From positions 5,068 through 69,067 of the forward strand of contig CAYRCK010000011.1 of the NCBI GenBank assembly GCA_964422745.1: a stretch of DNA of 64,000 nucleotides, written 5' to 3'. Position numbers and translations under genes: made by a program. Source of the DNA: an uncultured bacterium. Lineage in GTDB: Bacteria > Krumholzibacteriota > Krumholzibacteriia > Krumholzibacteriales > Krumholzibacteriaceae. The notes below the pieces were generated by a model. It searched no databases. It was not told the origin of the DNA and saw nothing but the letters and a program-made list of their open reading frames with translations. Each line of letters opens with the position of its first letter. Positions within the stretch are counted from its first letter, which is position 1. Shown here one piece after another: positions 56,391 to 64,000 of the stretch.

Positions 56391-56520
56391 TCCGGTGTGC
56401 CGGCGGTCGGATCGAATGGATCCCCGCACTTTTCCCTTTAATTAACAAAGCATAGTATCTATATTGTATCACTACTATACGCGATCAAACTATGGATTGA
56501 ATGCAGGAGGTGATTCATTT

Positions 56521-57144
56521 ATGCGTTTCATCTTGATCTTGGGCGCCATGGTAATATCCGTGGCACTGGTTTCCACCGTCGTGCCGGGTCCGGCCGCATC
56601 AGAGGAGAAGAGTGAAAATCCCCTGGTGAAAGTAGAAACAAACATGGGTTCGTTCACGATAGAGCTCTACGAGGAGAAGGCTCCGATCACGGTAAAGAAT
56701 TTCTTGAACTACGTGGACAAGAAATTCTACGACGGGACGATCTTCCACAGGATTATTCCCACATTCGTGATCCAAGGTGGAGGATTCACGAAGGATATGA
56801 CCAAGAAGGCCACGGCGGCGCCGATAACGAATGAAGCCGATAACGGTCTCAAGAACCTCGAGGCCACACTCTCGATGGCGCGAACAATGGACATAAACAG
56901 CGCAACATGCCAGTTCTTCATAAACCTCAAGGACAACACCGCACTCGACCACAAGGGAAAAGGCGCAAGGGAATACGGTTACGCCGTTTTCGGAAAGGTG
57001 ATCGAGGGCTGGGATGTAGTGGAGAAGATAAAAGGCGTAAAAACCACAACCAAGGGCAGTTACAAGGATGTGCCTGTGAAGCCGGTTGTGATCAAATCGA
57101 TGAGAAGGAAAGAAGCGGAGAAGACCGGGGAGAAAGAGGAATAG
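56521..57144 (+). CDS. Secreted cyclophilin-type peptidyl-prolyl cis-trans isomerase
   Basis: Signal peptide MRFILILGAMVISVALVSTVVPGPAA, followed by the cyclophilin core (FHRIIPTFVIQGGGF ... LSMAR). Confidence 0.85.
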   Translation: MRFILILGAMVISVALVSTVVPGPAASEEKSENPLVKVETNMGSFTIELYEEKAPITVKNFLNYVDKKFYDGTIFHRIIPTFVIQGGGFTKDMTKKATAAPITNEADNGLKNLEATLSMARTMDINSATCQFFINLKDNTALDHKGKGAREYGYAVFGKVIEGWDVVEKIKGVKTTTKGSYKDVPVKPVVIKSMRRKEAEKTGEKEE

Positions 57145-57168
57145 AGGGGTATAGAGATTATCGACCAA

Positions 57169-57205
57169 GGCCGGCGGCTTATCCTATATTGCCGCCGGCC
57201 TTTTC
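57169..57205 (+). terminator. Rho-independent terminator after the cyclophilin gene
   Basis: GGCCGGCGGC-ttatcctatatt-GCCGCCGGCC followed by TTTTC, 25 nt after the stop codon. Confidence 0.6.
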
Positions 57206-57559
57206 ATGCCCATCAGGCGGTTCGGGCGACCGCCGAGGATCGATCTCCCGCCGATGCCCTCCTGAGGAAAAATCTTCCCTCCAAGCGAAAATAAGGCCCG
57301 GTGAGTGCGCTATCCGGTGTGACGGGACATAGCTTCTAGAGAAGCTCTACTATAACTTACATATAATCAACATCATACGGTCTTGATCCCGATGCCGGAT
57401 CCGGCCCTTCTGGAATGAATCTTGATTGCTGCAACCATGTGATCAAGTACCCGGGTGCATCGGTCGCGAGGCGGGGTGTCGTAAGATCCTCGATCGAAGG
57501 CGATCCGAGATCAGGTGTAAGGCGAATCTGACACAATCCACGATGAGGTATGATCCAGG

Positions 57560-58516
57560 ATGCACAAGATGGAAGTAGCATCGATTACACAGCTGTTCGG
57601 GGCCCTGGTGAAGTGGAGGAGGTTCACGGCCGTTGTCGTCGTAGGCGGCTCCCTGGCGTTTTTTATACTGGCATTCACCCTGCCGAAGAGGTACACGGCG
57701 AATGCCACTATTCTGCCGTCGGGGGGATCGGGCGGCTATAGGAATCTCGGGAGAGCACTGGACCTCTCGGACCTCGGACTGGACCTGGGCATGAATATCT
57801 CTCCAAACAGCTCGTTCCTATTTCCCACGATCCTCAGAAGCAGGCACGTAAGGGATAAACTGCTATCGAGCCGGTTCGGCGAAGAAGGCTCAAAGGAGCT
57901 TCTCTCGGATATTCTCGGCACAAGGGGCGAGGAGCAGTCCCGCAGGGCGCTCGACAGGATCATCCGGATCGACACGGATAGGAAAACCGGGATCATATGG
58001 ATCAGGGCGACGACCGGCGATCCCGGGCTCTCCGCGATGATCGTAAACCGCATGCTGTCTCTTCTGAAGGAGTTCGGAGGGGAGAAGAGGCGTACGAAGG
58101 CATGGCTGAACTACCGCTTCCTGCGTGATGAGTTCGAGAGCACCAAGCTGGCCCTGTTCGAGATGGAGGAGGAACTGGCCGCCTTCGAGAGGAATCACAG
58201 GGACTACGCCACGACCACTGATCCAAAGGTGATAATGGAGCATGAGCGCCTGCTCCACAACCTGACGCTCGAACACGAAATCTTCATAGACCTGAACAAG
58301 CAGCTCGAGCTGGCCGACATCAATCTCAAGAGGGAAGAGCCCCTTGTAAAGGTGCTCGATGAAGCGTCGGTCCCGCAGATCAAAAGCGCCCCGCCACGAA
58401 AGATCATATTCATCCTCGGTTCAACCCTGTCTCTTCTCGTGGGGCTCGTGTTCCCGCTTGTGAGGGAAGTGTCCGTCGGAGATATTATCCGCAGGTTTCT
58501 GAACGACAGCCCATAG
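57560..58516 (+). CDS. Wzz-like polysaccharide chain-length-determinant / co-polymerase family protein
   Basis: One N-terminal and one C-terminal TM segment flank a coiled-coil periplasmic region. The motif KRYTANATILPSGG matches the Wzz N-terminus and is shared with the paralog at 59897..60952. Confidence 0.55.
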   Translation: MHKMEVASITQLFGALVKWRRFTAVVVVGGSLAFFILAFTLPKRYTANATILPSGGSGGYRNLGRALDLSDLGLDLGMNISPNSSFLFPTILRSRHVRDKLLSSRFGEEGSKELLSDILGTRGEEQSRRALDRIIRIDTDRKTGIIWIRATTGDPGLSAMIVNRMLSLLKEFGGEKRRTKAWLNYRFLRDEFESTKLALFEMEEELAAFERNHRDYATTTDPKVIMEHERLLHNLTLEHEIFIDLNKQLELADINLKREEPLVKVLDEASVPQIKSAPPRKIIFILGSTLSLLVGLVFPLVREVSVGDIIRRFLNDSP

Positions 58517-59900
58517 CGCCGCGCACGCCCGCCGGCAGCGAGAAAATGGCCATCATCACCATCGAATAGCGCGAAAGCAGAAGCGTATGCGAGAAGAGGT
58601 GATGTATCAGGTAGGCCGAGAACATAAGCAGAAGGCACCCCCTCATCGCGGTCTCACGCCTGCCGGCCTTCCCTCGCCTATAAAGGAGGCCCGCAAAGAC
58701 CGACGCGAGGAAGATCAGATAAACAGCCAGAGGAAATACGCCAGTCTCCGATAGAATGAGCACGAAAGTGTTATGCGGGCCCTGGGGCATGCACTCACCG
58801 CTGTACCCGAACGTTCTGATCGTGCGGTCGGTGGCCGAATACAGACCTTTGCCGGTTATCGGGGATTCGAGAAACCTCCCCATGTGCAGACTCAGCAGGT
58901 CCAGCCTGTCGTTATCGTCGACCCTGCCCCCGGCAAGAGCGGATATCCTTCTAAACGATAACCGGACGTCACCTTCTGCGGCCGTGTCTATGTAGCGCAC
59001 GGCCCGGTATGAACCGAACCATAGAACTGTTATGGAAAGACAGAGGACCAGGGCCATGCGCGACCTTCTCTTTATGTAGAAGAACTGGGCGAGAAATATC
59101 AGGGCGAAGAGTATAATCCCCTCCCGCGAAAAGGTCAGAAAAACACCGAAGAAAAACAGCCCCTGGAGCAGGGTCATACAGAGCACGAGCCTTTTCGACT
59201 CGGAGATCTTCAGAAGATACAGGGAGGCTATCATCGACACATTGACTATGAAGGCCGATGTGTTGGCATTCTTCAGCAGCCCCGCAGCCCGGCCTTCCGA
59301 ATGCGAAAGCCCTATTCCGGAGGGATCAAAAAATTCGAGGATATTGATGAAGCCGGCCAACGCGCCGATTAGAACGATCAGTATCATAATCCTTTCGAGC
59401 CTCTCGAACCGGTTGACGAGCAGAAAAACCACCGCGAAGTAGGAAGCCGCATACATGCTCTCTGAAAGCCAGGGCAGAATCCCGTCCCCGGATGATGCGA
59501 TGCTTCCGAACACCAGGGCGGAGAGCAGGTAGCATCCGAACAGAAGCGCCTGCCTACCCGGTCTGTTCAACCGAGATTCCGTCAAGAGCAGGACGGCGGA
59601 CACCGACAGTACCGTGAAGATAAGGAACACCTTGCCGAAGGGCAGAGACATCCAGCCCGAAAGCCATGCATCCAGGCGAAGGAAGCCTACAGCGACGAGT
59701 ATGTAGACGATCGTGCAGGGCTTGCGAAGATAGAGGACGAAGGTGAGAAACAGTGGAATCGCAATGAGAAATGAGCGGTTGAACCTGAAAACCGCCAGCA
59801 CCGCAAGGGAAGCGGCAAGGGCGAAGAACAATTGCTCGACGGAGACCAGAAAGGCCCGCGCTTCCCGCTGCGGAATCGTCTGCCCTCTCGATCTCATCAT
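58485..59900 (-). CDS. O-antigen ligase / Wzy_C-family polytopic membrane protein
   Basis: About 10-12 TM segments and a Wzy_C-type motif (SPITGKGLYS ... GPHNTFVLILSETGVF) containing the conserved His. Confidence 0.55.
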   Translation of the reverse strand: MMRSRGQTIPQREARAFLVSVEQLFFALAASLAVLAVFRFNRSFLIAIPLFLTFVLYLRKPCTIVYILVAVGFLRLDAWLSGWMSLPFGKVFLIFTVLSVSAVLLLTESRLNRPGRQALLFGCYLLSALVFGSIASSGDGILPWLSESMYAASYFAVVFLLVNRFERLERIMILIVLIGALAGFINILEFFDPSGIGLSHSEGRAAGLLKNANTSAFIVNVSMIASLYLLKISESKRLVLCMTLLQGLFFFGVFLTFSREGIILFALIFLAQFFYIKRRSRMALVLCLSITVLWFGSYRAVRYIDTAAEGDVRLSFRRISALAGGRVDDNDRLDLLSLHMGRFLESPITGKGLYSATDRTIRTFGYSGECMPQGPHNTFVLILSETGVFPLAVYLIFLASVFAGLLYRRGKAGRRETAMRGCLLLMFSAYLIHHLFSHTLLLSRYSMVMMAIFSLPAGVRGAMGCRSETCG

Positions 59901-60952
59901 CCACTCCCGACCCGCTCGCCTATAAAGGGCACCGCTCTAATATCCTTCTTCAACTCAGACAGAAGCTTATCCACCGTTTCCCTGTCGTTACCCGCCCTCC
60001 ACATACCGAAGGATTCCACGGCTCCGAGATAGATCAATCCAAGCAACAACCCGGCGGTGGTTATCGATGACAAGAACAGGGCCGGTTTCGGCCACGACGG
60101 CCTTTCAGGCACGCCGGCATAATCGAGAACGTTGAGGATCGGAGTGTCCCTCTCAACATCGACAACCGCCTGCTTTAACTGCTTTCCCAGCTCGAGGCAA
60201 AGAGCCTTTTCGAGCTCCACGCGCCTTATGAGGCGCCTGTGGTCCTTTTGCAAGTCTGGTTCGGTCGAACTGTCGTAGTTCCTGTTCTTCTCCCTGAAAG
60301 CCATGAGACTCTCTTCGGCCTCTCGCATTTCCAAGCGGCAATCGGCGAGCTTCCCCTCTATAAAATCATAGACCTCTTTCGCGCAAGACCGTCTCTCCAT
60401 GCGGTTGAACCTCTCGAGCCTGCTGATGTACGCGTTGATCACGCGGGCTGAAAGCTCGGCATTGTTCATGGTCGCCTGAAGCACAAGGGTCTTGGATTCC
60501 GTGTCCACCCTGAAACTGACCGCTTTCGAGAGCGCAATGAGGGCCGCATCTTCATTCTCCATGCCGAAGTGGTCTTTAAGGGTCCTTGTGACATCATTCC
60601 CGTTTTCGTGAAAGGTGAAGTTTTTACGCAATATATCCCTCGCCACCAGGCGGCTTCTGAGTATGTCCGGATAGAGCGGCAGAAGGTTTCCGCTATCCTG
60701 AAGGCTCAACATCAATCCGATATCGGAGAGATTCCTGCTCGTGAACGCCAGCTCAGGTGCTCCCGAAGATGCCGATGGCAGAACCGTGGCCGTAGCCGTG
60801 TACCGTTTCTCGGCGAGGACCAACGATACCAAGGCGGCGGAAAAGGAAAATATTGCCATCAGCGCGAGAAAATATTTTCCCCTTTTCAATACACCGAACA
60901 CCATCTGGAGTTGCGGTTTCCACGATCCATCAGGACCGGCTTCACGATCCAT
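59897..60952 (-). CDS. Wzz-like chain-length-determinant family protein (paralog)
   Basis: Same topology, with KRYTATATVLPSASSG and a coiled-coil region. It overlaps the ligase gene start by 4 nt. Confidence 0.5.
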   Translation of the reverse strand: MDREAGPDGSWKPQLQMVFGVLKRGKYFLALMAIFSFSAALVSLVLAEKRYTATATVLPSASSGAPELAFTSRNLSDIGLMLSLQDSGNLLPLYPDILRSRLVARDILRKNFTFHENGNDVTRTLKDHFGMENEDAALIALSKAVSFRVDTESKTLVLQATMNNAELSARVINAYISRLERFNRMERRSCAKEVYDFIEGKLADCRLEMREAEESLMAFREKNRNYDSSTEPDLQKDHRRLIRRVELEKALCLELGKQLKQAVVDVERDTPILNVLDYAGVPERPSWPKPALFLSSITTAGLLLGLIYLGAVESFGMWRAGNDRETVDKLLSELKKDIRAVPFIGERVGSG

Positions 60953-61106
60953 ATCCGTATCTCTCCGGTTCTATGAGTATTACAGCCGGATCGAACAGCC
61001 ATTGCACCGGAAGACCAGGCGGCTAGCACGTCTCCGGAGCGGCTGATACGGGCCGGGCGTCTGTTTTCGCTGGAAATCTGCAAGAAGGGAGCCACCCTCG
61101 GGCTTA

Positions 61107-62648
61107 TTACGATCCGTTCGAGGGAAGCCAAATGGAGAATTCAGAACCATCACCTGGAGCACTTCTGCAGAACATCCTCCCCCCGTGATCCCTGATGATC
61201 TTCTGTGAGATTGTCACACCCACACCGGCGCCCTTTATATATTCGACCGGTGTGTTGGAAGCCCTGCGGAAGGGCTCCGACAGACCGCCTATCTCGTCAC
61301 GAGGTATGCCGATCCCATCGTCGGACACCCGGATGACAAGATGGGACGCCATACCCTCCCTATCAAGGAATTCCTCGACCGCCCCCGGGCGTGAGCCCGA
61401 AAGCAATGACCGAATCGGATCCGGTATCGATTCCTCCTCATCCCGTCCGGAAGCCGATTGCCAGTCCTCGATTTCCACACCTTCATCACCACGAGGTCCG
61501 GATTCGGATATCAGCGTCTTAACGGATATGTTGCCGCCCCTCCCGGTGTACCTGACAGCATTGTCAATTATGCATCTGATCGCGATCTTTATCTTATCGG
61601 CGTCACCGATCACATCCCGGTTTCCGGCCCCATCGTCCACCCTTACCGTTATCCTCTTTTCCTCGAACTCTGGTATCATCTCGCGCAGGCAATCCTCCAG
61701 CAGCGACGAAACATCCACCCTATCGTTCCGCAACTCCGCCCTGCCCGGTTCGATCTCGTTCAATGACGCCAGCTTCTGCACCATGCTCTCGAGGCTGCGC
61801 ACGGAATCCTTGGCCATGCTGATCATTACATCACCCTCGATCCCGTCCGGCTCGATCGAACAGAGCGTGCTTTTCAGGACGGAAAGCGGCGTCATGATAT
61901 CCTTAGAGATACCTTCGATCAGTTCCCTCTTGAATTTCGAAAATTTCTCCATGTCCAACCTGGACGAGACAGCCTCCCTGCGGCTGCGCATGTTTCGGAC
62001 CTCCAACGCCGCAGCCCCGCAAATCATCCCGAGAAGCTTCCCGTCGTCGGGTCCCAACGCCGCAGCACCCCCCCCGAATATCAGGATCCCCTCGAGCTCA
62101 CGGCGTATCGACAGGGGACAGGCATATGAGAATCCTAGGTTGACGAAGGTCTCGTGCAGATTCATCTCTTCCCGGGACGCCTCGCCGGCGTCGTTGAAGA
62201 ATTCATCTATATGAACGGGGCCGTCGGCCCCGCTCAGCATTCGAGCGAACCGAGATCCTCTATCGACAGGCGGTGTGTCAGGCTTTCCGTTCTCCGGGAC
62301 CGCCGTATGGGGTTTCATCATGCTTCCCCCGGATACGGATAGGTAAAGCAAACAGCGCTCGAATCCGAAGACCGTCTTCAGCGCATCCAGGAAACGGGAG
62401 GCCGCGTCTTCATCATTTTGCGCTTCGGAAAGGCTGATGAACGCTCCGAACAGTGCCTCGCCGCTTCGCCCGCGCTCCACCGGGTCACCGGACCGCCCGT
62501 TCCTGCACGCTCTGCTCGTTGAGTAAGAGGTCTCACTCCTCGATCCTTCAAGGGATTCTTCCGGTTTTCCTCTCGAACTGGAACCGCTCACCATCCTGCC
62601 TTTCCAACTCTTCCGGGACCTGCCGCCGCGAGCGTTTCCACGTATCAC
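61107..62648 (-). CDS. Orphan cytoplasmic sensor histidine kinase (disordered N-terminus, GAF, HisKA and HATPase)
   Basis: HATPase motifs (NAVRYTGRGGNISV, DDGIGIPRDE, GAGVGVTISQKII). The N-terminal 70 aa or so are Arg/Ser/Gly-rich low-complexity sequence. There is no adjacent response regulator. Confidence 0.75.
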   Translation of the reverse strand: MIRGNARGGRSRKSWKGRMVSGSSSRGKPEESLEGSRSETSYSTSRACRNGRSGDPVERGRSGEALFGAFISLSEAQNDEDAASRFLDALKTVFGFERCLLYLSVSGGSMMKPHTAVPENGKPDTPPVDRGSRFARMLSGADGPVHIDEFFNDAGEASREEMNLHETFVNLGFSYACPLSIRRELEGILIFGGGAAALGPDDGKLLGMICGAAALEVRNMRSRREAVSSRLDMEKFSKFKRELIEGISKDIMTPLSVLKSTLCSIEPDGIEGDVMISMAKDSVRSLESMVQKLASLNEIEPGRAELRNDRVDVSSLLEDCLREMIPEFEEKRITVRVDDGAGNRDVIGDADKIKIAIRCIIDNAVRYTGRGGNISVKTLISESGPRGDEGVEIEDWQSASGRDEEESIPDPIRSLLSGSRPGAVEEFLDREGMASHLVIRVSDDGIGIPRDEIGGLSEPFRRASNTPVEYIKGAGVGVTISQKIIRDHGGRMFCRSAPGDGSEFSIWLPSNGS

Positions 62649-62992
62649 AACGTCACGGCGGGTGCTCTAACCGGCATAAAACAGACCATCCGGCGGTAAA
62701 TATCCTTGAGGCTGCATCGACGGGCTCCGTTTGGATTCGTTAAACCCGCAAGTCGTTAAACCACAGTTTGTTACTGATGGCAATCCGGGAGGCCGGCGGG
62801 CCCGGCCATTTCGTTACCCGTTGCGTTGCATAGAGTTGAGAACAGCCCTTCGCCATCTGAGAACCTGCAATTATCGGGATACGCAAGAACCGTTCACAAT
62901 CGCATATCATTGAGGGAAGATGCGCCACGAAGGGAGCAGCACCGTCGGCTGGGATCTTACTGTGAAGGGTGTTAGTGTGGGAGATCTGGCCG

Positions 62993-64000
62993 TTACCGTG
63001 AACCCCGGTCGACCCTGAAAAGCACTATCCTGCCGCCTGATCTGGAGGTGAATGTGTTAACCTTTGTCAGTCCCTCTATGGAGGAAGCGCCTACTACGCC
63101 GGCGGCCAGTTGAGGACGGTAATCGATGAAATACGCCTCATCGACGAGCAGGTAACCGTACCCAGCGCGGCGGGCGAAATCCAGCAGCCCGTCAAGATCC
63201 GTCCATGGAATAAAAGTAGCCTCCGGATTTCCAGCGTAGTAACTCACCGGGCACCCTGAGTGCGCCAGAAGGCGGTCATCACCGATCCCGTTATCCTTCA
63301 TCCACGTTCCAATCTCCCTGTACTTCACCTTCTGAGTTGCGGAAACAGCCGAGTGCCTCCGTATGGTGAACGGCACCAGGCTCAGGAAAACCACCAGCAG
63401 CAGCGCTAAACCGAAGACCGGCCGCCGGGATATATTGCCTGCAAACCAATCCGTGATCACGGTGCACCCCACCGCACCCCACATCAGGTAAACAGGCAGA
63501 AGGGGAACCAGGTACCGGAACTCCACACGGAAGATGGAATAGAGTACGAGTGGAAAGGCTCCCATGACGAGCAGGAACATCTCCGACCCCCTGCCAGAGA
63601 CCTTCCACCTTCTTCCGAATATCCCCAGGGGAACAAGAAGCAGCATGAAAGGCGACGAGAGCAGAATCGGGAAAAGGACAACACCCCGGTTCAGATTAGT
63701 GAAGTAACCGGATGCTACCTCACCCCTCCTGCTCCAGAGTATAGCGGCAGCGCTCTTCCGGCCCGTCTCCACTATTCTACGCTGTGTCCCCTCATCGTTG
63801 AGGCCGTAAACGTACCGCTCCCTGCTCATCCCTTCATCCCAAACCAGCTTAGAGCTCAAGTTCACCGAAGCTTTGGTACCGGTCCATTTCCCGGTCTTCC
63901 TATGTACGAGCATCATATAAGGCGTAATCACGCCCAGGAAGAGCACGAGAACGAGCGAGGCGTTTAAAATCCTCCGCTTGAAGGGCGCCCCGAGACCCCC
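62993..64000 (-). CDS. Polytopic membrane glycosyltransferase-like protein (ArnT/PMT GT39/GT83-like), partial: N-terminus runs past the window end
   Basis: Manual translation shows the frame stays open upstream of the listed start to the window edge (…GGLGAPFKRRILNASLVLVLFLGV…). Several TM segments are followed by a C-terminal soluble domain of about 130 aa. Confidence 0.4.
   Translation of the reverse strand, partial: GGLGAPFKRRILNASLVLVLFLGVITPYMMLVHRKTGKWTGTKASVNLSSKLVWDEGMSRERYVYGLNDEGTQRRIVETGRKSAAAILWSRRGEVASGYFTNLNRGVVLFPILLSSPFMLLLVPLGIFGRRWKVSGRGSEMFLLVMGAFPLVLYSIFRVEFRYLVPLLPVYLMWGAVGCTVITDWFAGNISRRPVFGLALLLVVFLSLVPFTIRRHSAVSATQKVKYREIGTWMKDNGIGDDRLLAHSGCPVSYYAGNPEATFIPWTDLDGLLDFARRAGYGYLLVDEAYFIDYRPQLAAGVVGASSIEGLTKVNTFTSRSGGRIVLFRVDRGSR

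Noticed and set aside
1-64000. CRISPR arrays, IS elements, integrases and rRNA genes
   Set aside because: No short direct-repeat arrays, terminal inverted repeats flanking transposase-like ORFs, recombinase motifs or rRNA-like conserved segments were seen anywhere in the window.

Overview
This 64 kb window is a protein-dense chromosomal segment (about 55-60% GC, roughly 90% coding) from what looks like an anaerobic, diderm, proteolytic fermenter, possibly an uncultivated lineage. Two outer-membrane-type beta-barrels end in aromatic residues, and the window holds many secreted peptidases, a Thi4-type thiazole synthase and a TrpRS with a candidate Fe-S cysteine motif. There is no CRISPR array, rRNA gene or obvious mobile element.

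Contents, start to end:
- A complete minus-strand chemotaxis operon (cheR, MCP, cheW, cheD, cheB, cheA, cheC, cheY, then a TPR protein that runs off the window start).
- A PhzF-family gene, a cytoplasmic GAF-PAS histidine kinase, and a tryptophan-themed cluster of tryptophanase-family lyase, TrpRS and tRNA-Trp(CCA).
- PepD dipeptidase, YjbQ, an OMP with a small partner gene, and a LuxR response regulator with a multi-PAS kinase and a COG3044-type ABC-class ATPase.
- Thi4, an enolase-superfamily epimerase, AddA and AddB, a secreted TPR protein, a secreted papain-like protease with a C-terminal anchor-like tail, a second OMP, and SppA.
- A butyrate-node cluster: a fused butyrate kinase/phosphotransbutyrylase, then an AcuC/HDAC-type deacetylase translationally coupled to a CoA-transferase::GNAT fusion. 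I consider this candidate reversible protein-acylation module the most novel system in the window.
- A radical SAM gene, an ABC-2 exporter, an S9 peptidase, a second PhzF paralog, a cyclophilin, a Wzz / O-antigen-ligase / Wzz trio, an orphan GAF kinase, and a truncated membrane glycosyltransferase at the 3' edge.

Many short ORFs in the six-frame track lie antisense to or inside these genes and are treated as spurious.
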